In this document: one piece after another, positions 24,521 through 32,832 of the stretch | Layout: the number at the start of each line of letters is the position of its first letter | How positions within the stretch are numbered: the stretch's first letter is position 1 | DNA from: a virus | IMG/VR virus record: IMGVR_UViG_3300003523_000007 | Span: 1 to 34,048 of that record | Length of the DNA: 34,048 nucleotides | Direction: 5' to 3' (one strand) | Notes under the pieces: model-generated | What the model saw: the letters and a program-made list of their open reading frames with translations, nothing else | What the model was told of the DNA's origin: nothing | The model's database searches: none | Translations under genes and position numbers: made by a program

Positions 24521-25564
24521 ATGGAAATACGCGTTTACAATTCGGATCTATACCGTATCGGGCAGATCGAAAACCAAACGTCGTTAATATGGACGCGTAA
24601 ATTCTTTGAAGCCGGAAACTTTGAGATCCACGCACCAATAACACAAAAGAACCTTTCTTTATTCGTCGCCGGAAATATTGTTAGTATTAAAGGCGCAAAG
24701 GAAGCGGGCGTTATTGAAGACATAGAGAAAGAAGAAAGCGACATTAAAAACGAAATAACCGTAAAAGGACGCTTTCTTTCTTCCTATCTTGACCGCCGGA
24801 TCATTACCGGAACGGTAAATTATAACAACGCCAAAATCGAAGTTGTTATGCGTGAATTATTAAGCGGAGTTGAAACGATCCCGCTTGTAGAGTTGGGAGA
24901 ACTTCACGGCTTCGACGATCGCGTATCATTTCAAGCGACGTATAGAAACTTGCAGATCGTTTTAACAAAGATCGCAAAATATGGGCTTATCGGCTATCGT
25001 TTCACGCCGGACTTTGACGCCCACAAAATCGTATTTGACACCATGAAAGGAACGGATCACAGTTTCGCACAAAGCGCAAATAACCGCGTGATCTTCTCCG
25101 AAGACTATAACAATTTGACAAATGCGATTTATAAATACAATAACCAAGCCTTGAAGACTTACGCAATAGTAGGCGGGCAGGGCGACGGCGACGACCGCGT
25201 GATCGTTACGGTCGGCAGCGGCAGCGGGTTAAATCTTCGACAAGTGTTTGTTGACGCCCGCGACCTTTCCGCGGACGGGCTAACAACGGCGCAATATCAA
25301 GAAGTATTACGACAACGCGGCTATGAAGCATTACAAGAAGCAATAGAAGCGGAAAGTTTAGAGTGTGAAACCGCGCCGGAAATCAACTTCAAATATAAAA
25401 GCGACTACGATTTGGGCGACATTGTAACCGTTAAAAAGAGATCGTGGGGGCTTTATATGAATAAGCGTATTACTGAAATTCAAGAAGTTTACGAATACGG
25501 CGGGGGGTATGTAGTACCAACTTTGGGCGATCCACTTCCCGAAACGATAGATTGGGGGGACTAA
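24521..25564 (+). CDS. Tail tip / baseplate hub-like protein (Sipho_Gp37-like)
   Basis: 347 aa, following Dit. The N-terminal pattern MEIRVYNSDL.RIGQIE...SLIWTRKFFEAGNFEIHAP resembles siphovirus Gp37-like minor structural proteins. This is from memory, not a search. Confidence 0.45.
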   Translation: MEIRVYNSDLYRIGQIENQTSLIWTRKFFEAGNFEIHAPITQKNLSLFVAGNIVSIKGAKEAGVIEDIEKEESDIKNEITVKGRFLSSYLDRRIITGTVNYNNAKIEVVMRELLSGVETIPLVELGELHGFDDRVSFQATYRNLQIVLTKIAKYGLIGYRFTPDFDAHKIVFDTMKGTDHSFAQSANNRVIFSEDYNNLTNAIYKYNNQALKTYAIVGGQGDGDDRVIVTVGSGSGLNLRQVFVDARDLSADGLTTAQYQEVLRQRGYEALQEAIEAESLECETAPEINFKYKSDYDLGDIVTVKKRSWGLYMNKRITEIQEVYEYGGGYVVPTLGDPLPETIDWGD

Positions 25565-25568
25565 TACC

Positions 25569-26651
25569 ATGAGTGAATACGCAATGTTTTATAATTCCGT
25601 AGAGGGCGACAGAGTTTACGACGCCGACGACATGACAGATTGGTTAAAACCTTTCTTTGTAACCGGAGTTTTTAACGGTCAAATGCAAGTAACCGCAAAC
25701 GACGACATGACAATCACGGTTGCGTCGGGTTATTGCAATATCGGCGGTAAAGTTAAGAACTTCCGAAACGCGCAGACTTTCGACCTTGAAACGGCAAGCG
25801 GTACATTAAACCGTATCGACAACGTAGTATTACGCAGGGACGACACAAACCGAGATATAACAATCGAAATTGTTAAAGGCGGTTACGCAGAAAATCCCGT
25901 TGCACCCGCGCTTGTTAGATCCGGCGCGTATTACGATTTGAAGTTAGCAGAAATTTATATTGCTGCCGGAACAATCGCAATTACGCAGGATAATATAACA
26001 GACACCCGCGCGAATAGTGACGTGTGCGGTTGGGTCGTTGCAACGGTAACGGAGATTGATTTTTCGCAGATTACGGCACAGTTTAACGCCTACTTTGCCC
26101 GTTACCAAGCCTTGATTACTTCACAGTACGCAACATATCTTGCGGTTATTCAGAATTTAGAAGATCAAGGAAATTCGGCGTATCAAAATATGCTTGCGGA
26201 CTTTCAGAGTTACAAGACAACGCAGGAAACACGCTTCAACGCTTTGTATGAAGAAATGCGCGATCTTATCGGAGAAGCAACCGCGGCAAACTTACAAAAT
26301 CAGATCGACGACATTGTGAACACAACCGGAGTTATGGCGGACAATTTGGCGACAAAGTTAAAGTTTACAAACGGTACAAGCGAAACACTTACCGACTTTG
26401 TGATCGTCGTAACCAATACCGACACCGGAACGGTTACAAATTATACGTTTGACGCTAACAATCCGTTGAAACTCACAGAACACGGAAGTTATACAGTTGC
26501 AGCAGCGGACGACGATTATACGATCATTCCGCATACATTCGATCTTGATTACACAAAGACAACCGAAACAATCGACTTTAATATCTACAATGACGCGGGC
26601 TATGCTTACGTCGGCGGATATGTGGGCGCGTTTGTTTCAAGCGCAAATTAA
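25569..26651 (+). CDS. Tail fibre / baseplate protein
   Basis: 360 aa in the tail-tip module, with a central coiled-coil-like region (QYATYLAVIQNLEDQGNSAYQNMLADF...). Confidence 0.45.
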   Translation: MSEYAMFYNSVEGDRVYDADDMTDWLKPFFVTGVFNGQMQVTANDDMTITVASGYCNIGGKVKNFRNAQTFDLETASGTLNRIDNVVLRRDDTNRDITIEIVKGGYAENPVAPALVRSGAYYDLKLAEIYIAAGTIAITQDNITDTRANSDVCGWVVATVTEIDFSQITAQFNAYFARYQALITSQYATYLAVIQNLEDQGNSAYQNMLADFQSYKTTQETRFNALYEEMRDLIGEATAANLQNQIDDIVNTTGVMADNLATKLKFTNGTSETLTDFVIVVTNTDTGTVTNYTFDANNPLKLTEHGSYTVAAADDDYTIIPHTFDLDYTKTTETIDFNIYNDAGYAYVGGYVGAFVSSAN

Positions 26652-26675
26652 ATTAAAAGAAAGGGGTAAAATACC

Positions 26676-27113
26676 ATGCGCAGATTTCCAAAGAACCTTA
26701 AAACAAGGGCAGATATTTATAATTGTCTTGATATGGTACGCGCGGGAGAACTTAAAGCGTCGGATCTTGTAAAGGCAATTCACAAAATCAAAAATCAGAA
26801 CTACATAAACGCGGTAATTTCGGACATTTCGGAAGACCGAAAGACGATCACAACGAATTATCTTTGTGAAGCGGAAGTCGATAAAACCGCAAAGGTTGGC
26901 GAACTTATGGTTACAATCGAGTCTTTAACCCACATTGAGGGAGAACCGGACGCAGAGGGCAAAACAAGTTTTGTTTCAACCGCGATCGACGTTTCCCGCG
27001 CCGTTTCCGGAAGTGCAACAATCTTTGGTCTTGTTAGAATACCGTCCGTTTACGATAGATACAACGTAACCGAAGACGAGTTAGACGAGATTTTAGCAGA
27101 GTTTGAGGGTTAA
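26676..27113 (+). CDS. Hypothetical tail-module protein
   Basis: 145-aa ORF with RBS GAAAGGGG. Confidence 0.55.
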   Translation: MRRFPKNLKTRADIYNCLDMVRAGELKASDLVKAIHKIKNQNYINAVISDISEDRKTITTNYLCEAEVDKTAKVGELMVTIESLTHIEGEPDAEGKTSFVSTAIDVSRAVSGSATIFGLVRIPSVYDRYNVTEDELDEILAEFEG

Positions 27114-27131
27114 GAAAGGAGTTAAAAGACA

Positions 27132-28244
27132 ATGGCAAAGTTTTTTCTTTATGATGAGTCTATGCAGAACACCAAAGCAAAGATCACAACCGCTAAACTT
27201 GCCACAATGGGCGACATTGTAGCAGGCGACAAAGCGTTTATCTATGCTTCGGGCGAAGACGCACCGGACGAATTAGTCGTTATGGGCGACGTACTTGTCG
27301 CCGTTGGGTCTTCAATCTTTAAGACCACAGAAACAACACTTACCGCCGCCGATCTTGATAGTGGCGAAGCATTTACCGTTGGTACAGATTACAACGTGTT
27401 TATTTGCGATCCAACAAGCGGGGACGAAACCGTCGATACAAACGAGATCTTTAAGATTTCGGCTTCTTCGACTTATCCGTCCGGCTATACCGCTTCAAAT
27501 TCCCGTCGTATTGGTGGTTTCCATTACGGCGTCGTAAGAAAGGTTAGCGACGCGGGCATTCCGGTTAATTCCGGCGGTACAGAGTCCGGCAGCGGTTGGG
27601 AAAGTAACGTTTATAACGGTATTGTTCCTAATTCCGTATGGACGCTTTTATTCCGTCCAAAGTGTGATCCGGCGGGTATGGTTTATATTGGTAACGGTCT
27701 TTGGGGCGATATTTACTTATCGTCAGACGATAGCAACGACGGTTTGGCTTCCGCTTACGGAATAAACCCTATTACCGGAACAGAGGGGCTTAATTGGTAC
27801 ATTGCAAACGAGAAAGCCCGCCGCGTTGGGAAACGTTTACCGTCTTACGCCGAATTTTGTCAAGCAGCGTTCGGAAGTCCCGAGGGGCAGGACGGCAACA
27901 ATACTTACGCATGGAGCGCAACCGGAAATACGGGTCGTACAACTTGCGGTAACGTAACTTACGCCGTTTCAGCGGTCAACGTTCGCGACCTTGTCGGCAA
28001 CGTTTGGAAATGGGTTGACGAATTTTGTCTTGATCCGACCGCGTCTTCGTGGGCATGGCAGGACGTATTAGGAAGCGGACACGGCGACGCTTATATTCCG
28101 TCAAGTACCGCGCTTCACGCTTTCCTTTGCGGCGGGGGTTGGAACTACGGCGTCCACGGCGGCGACCGTGCCGTGCATTGCCACAATTACCCGTGGTACG
28201 TCAACACGAACTTTGGCGTTTGGTGCGTTTGTGACTCACAGTAA
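27132..28244 (+). CDS. DGR target protein: tail-fibre-like receptor-binding candidate with a C-terminal FGE-sulfatase/C-type-lectin-fold domain carrying the VR
   Basis: 370 aa. ...NWYIANEKARRVGKRLPSYAEFCQAAFG...VGNVWKWVDEF... resembles the FGE/CLec fold used by DGR targets. The last ~42 codons are the VR. Confidence 0.85.
   Translation: MAKFFLYDESMQNTKAKITTAKLATMGDIVAGDKAFIYASGEDAPDELVVMGDVLVAVGSSIFKTTETTLTAADLDSGEAFTVGTDYNVFICDPTSGDETVDTNEIFKISASSTYPSGYTASNSRRIGGFHYGVVRKVSDAGIPVNSGGTESGSGWESNVYNGIVPNSVWTLLFRPKCDPAGMVYIGNGLWGDIYLSSDDSNDGLASAYGINPITGTEGLNWYIANEKARRVGKRLPSYAEFCQAAFGSPEGQDGNNTYAWSATGNTGRTTCGNVTYAVSAVNVRDLVGNVWKWVDEFCLDPTASSWAWQDVLGSGHGDAYIPSSTALHAFLCGGGWNYGVHGGDRAVHCHNYPWYVNTNFGVWCVCDSQ
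28109..28236 (+). repeat. DGR variable repeat (VR)
   Basis: It aligns with 28799-28926 at a constant offset of 690. There are 9 mismatches, all at TR adenines. Confidence 0.9.
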
Positions 28245-28251
28245 GCAGAAA

Positions 28252-28274
28252 GGCGGCGGCGAAAGCCGACCGCC
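28252..28274 (+). other. GC-rich hairpin with a GAAA loop just downstream of the VR (candidate DGR target-recognition element, or a transcript-end hairpin)
   Basis: GGCGGCGGC-GAAA-GCCG-A-CCGCC forms 9 bp with one bulged A. It starts 16 nt after the end of VR/TR homology. Confidence 0.5.
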
Positions 28275-28310
28275 TATAACTAAAAGATCAAGGAAAGGCA
28301 AGGCGGCGTA

Positions 28311-28739
28311 ATGCAAAATGCGAAAGAGTACGAAGCAAAATACAATGTGCCGCAAGTCGTGATTGATACAAAAGCCGATTACGTTCATACAAAAGCACAT
28401 CAAGCGGCGTATGATTTTAGCGTATATCTTCACGAAAAAATGAAGAAGTTACCGCATTACGAAAAGTTTACGTTACAAAAAGAGATCCGCGAAGCGATCG
28501 ACGTTATTATGGACGAAATCGAACAATACGAAATCACGAAAGTTATTTCGCACTTGTACGCAGCAGATCGGCAAAAGCGGCGGTTAATGCGTAAATTGCG
28601 ACTTGCGTATGATCTTAAATATTCGGCGATAAACGACGACGTTTTATTTTATTGTGCGTCCCAAACCGCTATAATCGGGGCGTTAATCGGCGGACTTATC
28701 GCAGAAGCAAAAGAGAGAAAGACGGCGGCGGGCAAATAA
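28311..28739 (+). CDS. avd: Avd-like accessory variability determinant (four-helix-bundle protein)
   Basis: 142-aa basic helical protein, in the canonical position between the target gene and the TR. Confidence 0.7.
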   Translation: MQNAKEYEAKYNVPQVVIDTKADYVHTKAHQAAYDFSVYLHEKMKKLPHYEKFTLQKEIREAIDVIMDEIEQYEITKVISHLYAADRQKRRLMRKLRLAYDLKYSAINDDVLFYCASQTAIIGALIGGLIAEAKERKTAAGK

Positions 28740-28756
28740 CCCGCCCCGTTTATTTT
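28727..28756 (+). terminator. Weak terminator-like hairpin at the avd stop
   Basis: GGCGGG (28727-28732) pairs with CCCGCC (28740-28745), followed by CCGTTTATTTT. Confidence 0.35.
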
Positions 28757-28798
28757 GGGGCAACTGTTATTACCGTATCGTTGGGGGTTGCATTTCCG

Positions 28799-28926
28799 CG
28801 CGCTTCACGCTTTCATTTGCGGCGGGAATTGGAACAACGGCGTCCACGACGGCGACCGTGCCGTGAATTGCAACAATTACCCGTGGAACGTCAACACGAA
28901 CATTGGCGTTTGGTGCGTTTGTGACT
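28799..28926 (+). repeat. DGR template repeat (TR)
   Basis: Non-coding copy of the VR. In the VR frame it is rich in AAY codons: ...AFICGGNWNNGVHDGDRAVNCNNYPWNVNTNIGVWCVCD. Confidence 0.9.
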
Positions 28927-29140
28927 TGTGAATTTTAGACGGCGGCTTCTCCGGAAACGTCGCAAGGGCTTTTAATGTAAAGTCGTTTACATTGAGTCAG
29001 ACGGTTGTAAAGAGCGTTTAACGCTTCCCGTTCCTTTACCGGACAAAGATTAAAGAGAACCGATCGAGAAGTAACCCGTATTGCTAACGGCGCAGGGCGA
29101 AACGCGACACGGTCAAATTTTTATAAAGTGAATAGAGAAC
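28927..29140 (+). ncRNA. TR-RT spacer, probably part of the DGR template RNA
   Basis: A 214-nt non-coding gap with no ORF and local hairpins (ATGTAAA-gtcg-TTTACAT at about 28975-28992; AGCGTT/AACGCT at about 29013-29025). Confidence 0.4.
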
Positions 29141-30202
29141 ATGAAAACAGAAAAACACCTTTTAGACGTGATTTGTACGGAACAAAACGCCGTTAAAGCG
29201 TATAAAAAGGCGCGAAAGTGTAAACGATACCGTCCCGAAGTGTTAAAGTTTGAAACGGATCGCGAATTGAATTTATTACAAGCGATTATTGATATTCAAA
29301 ACGGAACTTATCACGCGGGGCGGTATTATTGTTTTAAGGTATTCGAGCCAAAAGAACGGCTTATTATGGCGTTACCATTTTACGATCGCGTAATACAACA
29401 CATGATCGTAAATATTATTGAACCGATCTTTGAAAAACGCTTTATATTTCATTCTTACGCTTGCAGGAAGAAAAAGGGCGTACACGAAGCAAGTACGACG
29501 CTTTCAACGTGGCTTTATAATATGCAAGTCGTACAAGGTAAAAAGATCTACGCGATCAAAGCGGATATACACCATTATTTCCAAAGCATAGACCACGAAG
29601 AATTAAAAAGAGAGATCCGGCGTTATATATCAGATAAAGATGTTTTACGGATATTAGACCATATTATCGACCATAACGGCATATATCCCGACGGGGTCGG
29701 TATTCCGGTCGGAAACCTTACGTCGCAATTATTCGCGAACGTTTATTTGAATATATTAGATCATTACATAAAGCATACTTTACACGTCCGGTATTATATT
29801 CGATACATGGACGATTTTATTATTTTGGGCGAAGATCCGGAAGAATTGCGGGCATTATTGCAGCAGATCGAAAAGTTTATCAATGAACGGTTAAAACTAT
29901 CACTAAACCCAAAGACAACGATCCTTGCAGCAAAGAACGGTATAGACTTCGTAGGTTATCGACACTTTGCAACCTTTAAGATCATGAGAAAAGAAGCGAC
30001 GCGCCGTTTACGAAAGTTAATACACGCATTTGAAACCGGAGAAGTTGACGAAGAATTATTCGACCGATCAATCGAAAGCAGGATCGGACACGCGCGACAC
30101 GCCGACACGTTCCAATTTTGCGCGGATCTTCGAGAAGAAATAAAAGAAATAAAGATAATAACAAACGACCGTTTTAATTGCGTAATATGTAATTACAAAT
30201 AG
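29141..30202 (+). CDS. rt: DGR-type reverse transcriptase
   Basis: RT motifs LIMALPFYDRVIQH and YAIKADIHHYFQSIDH, the DGR-typical GIPVGNLTSQLFANVYL, and the catalytic YIRYMDDFIILG. Confidence 0.9.
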   Translation: MKTEKHLLDVICTEQNAVKAYKKARKCKRYRPEVLKFETDRELNLLQAIIDIQNGTYHAGRYYCFKVFEPKERLIMALPFYDRVIQHMIVNIIEPIFEKRFIFHSYACRKKKGVHEASTTLSTWLYNMQVVQGKKIYAIKADIHHYFQSIDHEELKREIRRYISDKDVLRILDHIIDHNGIYPDGVGIPVGNLTSQLFANVYLNILDHYIKHTLHVRYYIRYMDDFIILGEDPEELRALLQQIEKFINERLKLSLNPKTTILAAKNGIDFVGYRHFATFKIMRKEATRRLRKLIHAFETGEVDEELFDRSIESRIGHARHADTFQFCADLREEIKEIKIITNDRFNCVICNYK

Positions 30203-30221
30203 GAGAAAGGAAACTTTTATT

Positions 30222-30611
30222 ATGCACGAACCAATTATGTTTACACCACAAGACGTGGTAAATGCAATTTTGGCAATTTGCGGCGCAATAACCGCGATTG
30301 CAGCAGCAACCGCCGTAATTGTCAAGGCGGTTACGGCATTAAGAAAACCCAATAAAACGCAGGACGAAAGGTTGGACGCTTTGGAGCAAGACGTAAAAGG
30401 GGTAAAAGAGAGAATAGACGTAGAGTGCGAACGAATTACAAAGAGATTTCGCGACGACGCAAGCCACATTGACAAGATCGAAGAAGCGAACGTCGTAACA
30501 CAACGCGCGTTGCTTGCCCTACTTTCACACGCAATAAACGGGAATGATGAAGACGCCCTTAAACGGGCTAAAACAGATCTTGAAAACTATTTGACGACAA
30601 ACAGTAAGTAA
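30222..30611 (+). CDS. Membrane-anchored coiled-coil protein (lysis-module associated)
   Basis: N-terminal TM helix (VVNAILAICGAITAIAAATAVIV) followed by a coiled coil. RBS AGGAGAAAGGA. Confidence 0.55.
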   Translation: MHEPIMFTPQDVVNAILAICGAITAIAAATAVIVKAVTALRKPNKTQDERLDALEQDVKGVKERIDVECERITKRFRDDASHIDKIEEANVVTQRALLALLSHAINGNDEDALKRAKTDLENYLTTNSK

Positions 30612-30625
30612 AGAGGGGGCAGGCA

Positions 30626-30769
30626 ATGGCAATTATTATTATGATCGTAACTTTAACGGGGTTTGGGTTAATGTGTGCCGGATTGCTTGCGGGGGTATTC
30701 GCATTTGCAAACGCAGGCGAAGCACAAAAAGCGTTAGAGGGAATGAAAAACAATGTTAAAGAGAAGTAA
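30626..30769 (+). CDS. Small 47-aa membrane protein (not in the ORF track)
   Basis: MAIIIMIVTLTGFGLMCAGLLAGVFAFANAGEAQKALEGMKNNVKEK. AAGAGGGGG lies 6 nt upstream. It overlaps the next gene by 17 nt. Confidence 0.5.
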   Translation: MAIIIMIVTLTGFGLMCAGLLAGVFAFANAGEAQKALEGMKNNVKEK

Positions 30770-31043
30770 AGCAAAAAAGAAAAAGAAAGTCGAAACGTCG
30801 AAGATCCTTTTAATTATTTCGGACGTTATGACGGGGGTTTGTACGATCGCGGCAATCGTCGCGGTATTTGTGATTAAGGACGCAACGCCGCTTACATTTT
30901 TAATTCCGGCGGCTTATGGTCTTTCCGCAACTTCACACGGCTTTTATTATTGGAAAGCCAAAGCGGAGAATTTACAAAAGTTTGGAAGATCCGACGCAAT
31001 CACGCTTGAAGATCCGACAAACGAAGATCCTAACATCATGTAA
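30753..31043 (+). CDS. Putative holin (two TM segments)
   Basis: Lys-rich N-terminus, two hydrophobic helices and a charged C-terminus, upstream of the endolysin. Confidence 0.5.
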   Translation: MLKRSKAKKKKKVETSKILLIISDVMTGVCTIAAIVAVFVIKDATPLTFLIPAAYGLSATSHGFYYWKAKAENLQKFGRSDAITLEDPTNEDPNIM

Positions 31044-31069
31044 CACAATAGAAAGGAAGTGAAAACCAC

Positions 31070-31402
31070 ATGACAGTAACTTTATTTGCAACAATTCTTA
31101 CGATCGGCGCAATGGTTAATACATTGCTTACCGAAGCAATCAAGAAAATGTACGCGAACGCGGGGAAAGAGTATTCGGCAAACGTCGTTGCACTTGCCGA
31201 CGCGCTTATTATAGGCGGGTTGGGAACGGCTGCCGTTTATATGCTTATGGGTATTCCGTGGACGGTCAACAATATTATTTGTTTAATTATTATGACCGTC
31301 GCCGTTTGGGTCGCTTCAATGGTAGGTTATGACAAAGTTATTCAGTTAGCGAAACAGATCGAGAAAATGAACACAGACACGCAGGAAAGAAAGGAAGTGT
31401 AA
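31070..31402 (+). CDS. Putative holin (three hydrophobic segments)
   Basis: 110 aa with three hydrophobic stretches and a charged C-terminal tail, directly before the endolysin. Confidence 0.55.
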   Translation: MTVTLFATILTIGAMVNTLLTEAIKKMYANAGKEYSANVVALADALIIGGLGTAAVYMLMGIPWTVNNIICLIIMTVAVWVASMVGYDKVIQLAKQIEKMNTDTQERKEV

Positions 31403-31405
31403 TTT

Positions 31406-32119
31406 ATGGCGGTATATGTAGGATCGGCAAGAATAGACGAAAGAGGACGCGCAAGCGGGGGCAAAGCAGGAGATCAAAAGCAAACATCAATTCCGGACTA
31501 TTCCGGCGAAGTATCGCAGCAAAAGTTTTATGTGCATAGCAAGGGTTGGCACATATTACGCGCGAAGTCTTCGGACATTGCCTTAAAGATCGCGGCGGCT
31601 ATGATTACCGCGTGCAATAATAAAAACATTGGTTACGATCAAAGTAACCGTTTAGGCGTTATTAAATACGGTACGGGATCAAAGGTTGCGACCGAGTGCG
31701 ATTGTTCAAGTCTTGTTCGCGAGTGTGTAAAAGAAGCGTCCGGCGTTGACGCGGGCAATTTCACAACCGGAAACGAAAAGAATATGTTATTAAAGACCGG
31801 ATTGTTTGACGCCCTTACCTATTCTTCCGGAATGATCCTTTATACGGGCGACGTGCTTGTAACAAAAACAAAAGGACATACCGTTATTGTAACCGTAGGG
31901 GCAGCGCGCAGCGTTTCCGGATCTTCTTATTATCCAACATACGCAGGATCAACCGTAAGCATTGTTGCGGCACTTGCAGCGGTTGGAGAGAAAGACACAA
32001 GTTATTCGCATAGATCCAAGATTGCAGCAGCAAACGCAATTTCCGGATATAGAGGAACGGCGGCACAAAATACAACAATGCTTAATCTTTTGAAGCAGGG
32101 AAGATTAAAGAAAGCATAA
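31406..32119 (+). CDS. Putative endolysin, NlpC/P60-like cysteine peptidase fold plus a C-terminal wall-binding-like domain
   Basis: Its position after the holins fits. Candidate catalytic Cys in ECDCSSLV and His in KGHTVIV. Confidence 0.6.
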   Translation: MAVYVGSARIDERGRASGGKAGDQKQTSIPDYSGEVSQQKFYVHSKGWHILRAKSSDIALKIAAAMITACNNKNIGYDQSNRLGVIKYGTGSKVATECDCSSLVRECVKEASGVDAGNFTTGNEKNMLLKTGLFDALTYSSGMILYTGDVLVTKTKGHTVIVTVGAARSVSGSSYYPTYAGSTVSIVAALAAVGEKDTSYSHRSKIAAANAISGYRGTAAQNTTMLNLLKQGRLKKA

Positions 32120-32247
32120 CAAGGGGTAACGGGGCAGATCCGACCGCGGCGGTTTGCGGTCAATGATCGCAACACAACACGTTATAAGTCGGTCGGACGC
32201 CCAAAACATAAAACCACAATATTATTATTAAAAGAAAGGGGCTTAAA

Positions 32248-32625
32248 ATGGCAAAGAAAAAAGCAGATCCCGCGGCAGCGGTTGAAGAAAAGATCGAAGC
32301 ACCAAGCGACGATTTTATGAACCCACCCGTTGAAGCGGACGACGTGCAGCAGGGCGAAGCGGCAGCAGAACCCGAAGCAAAGAAAGAAAGCAAAGCAAAG
32401 AAAGATCCGGCAGCAGGCGCGGACGATTTCAAAAGGGGCGTTGAGTATGTAGCGCGTGAAGTTTTGGCAATCTACGACAAAGCAGACGGCAAACCAACCG
32501 GAAAGAACGTTTATAAGTTTGACAAGGTAAAGGCGGAAGCGGTAGAGAGTAAAGGCGGGCGCGTATGGTTAAAGATCGACGGCGGCTTTGTATGCGCCAA
32601 AGAGGGCGACGCGGTTTATTTCTAA
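32248..32625 (+). CDS. Hypothetical protein (disordered acidic N-terminus, small beta-rich C-terminal domain)
   Basis: 125-aa ORF with RBS GAAAGGGG, after the lysis cassette. Confidence 0.55.
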   Translation: MAKKKADPAAAVEEKIEAPSDDFMNPPVEADDVQQGEAAAEPEAKKESKAKKDPAAGADDFKRGVEYVAREVLAIYDKADGKPTGKNVYKFDKVKAEAVESKGGRVWLKIDGGFVCAKEGDAVYF

Positions 32626-32765
32626 ACCGTAAGCGTTTCTTTTGCCGTGATCCTTGCAGATCCGGCAGCAAAACAAAATAAAATTCTTTTGGTCTATAAG
32701 GAAATGAATATATCACGGTATAAAACGGGGCGGGCTTAACGTTGTTTTGTTCGCTTCGTTTTTTA

Positions 32766-32794
32766 TTGCCGAAACGGGCGAAATAATATATAAT
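32766..32794 (+). promoter_or_regulatory. Promoter (-35 TTGCCG, 17-nt spacer, -10 TATAAT) in front of the MiaB-like fragment
   Basis: ttgccg-aaacgggcgaaataata-tataat, read directly. Confidence 0.55.
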
Positions 32795-32832
32795 ATCACG
32801 CGTCACAATAAAAAGAAAGAGAGTAAACCGCA

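Larger units (their letters stand above)
27132..30202 (+). mobile_element. Diversity-generating retroelement cassette (target gene/VR, avd, TR, RT)
   Basis: See the component features. The VR/TR pair has adenine-only mismatches, and an Avd-like gene and a DGR-type RT sit in the canonical order. Confidence 0.9.

Noticed and set aside
28049-28924. Two Arg-rich track ORFs (28049-28234 and 28652-28924, ...RRPRRRPCR...) that resemble each other
   Set aside because: They are the same out-of-frame reading of the VR and TR repeats. The VR lies inside a well-supported gene in another frame, and the TR is the non-coding DGR template.
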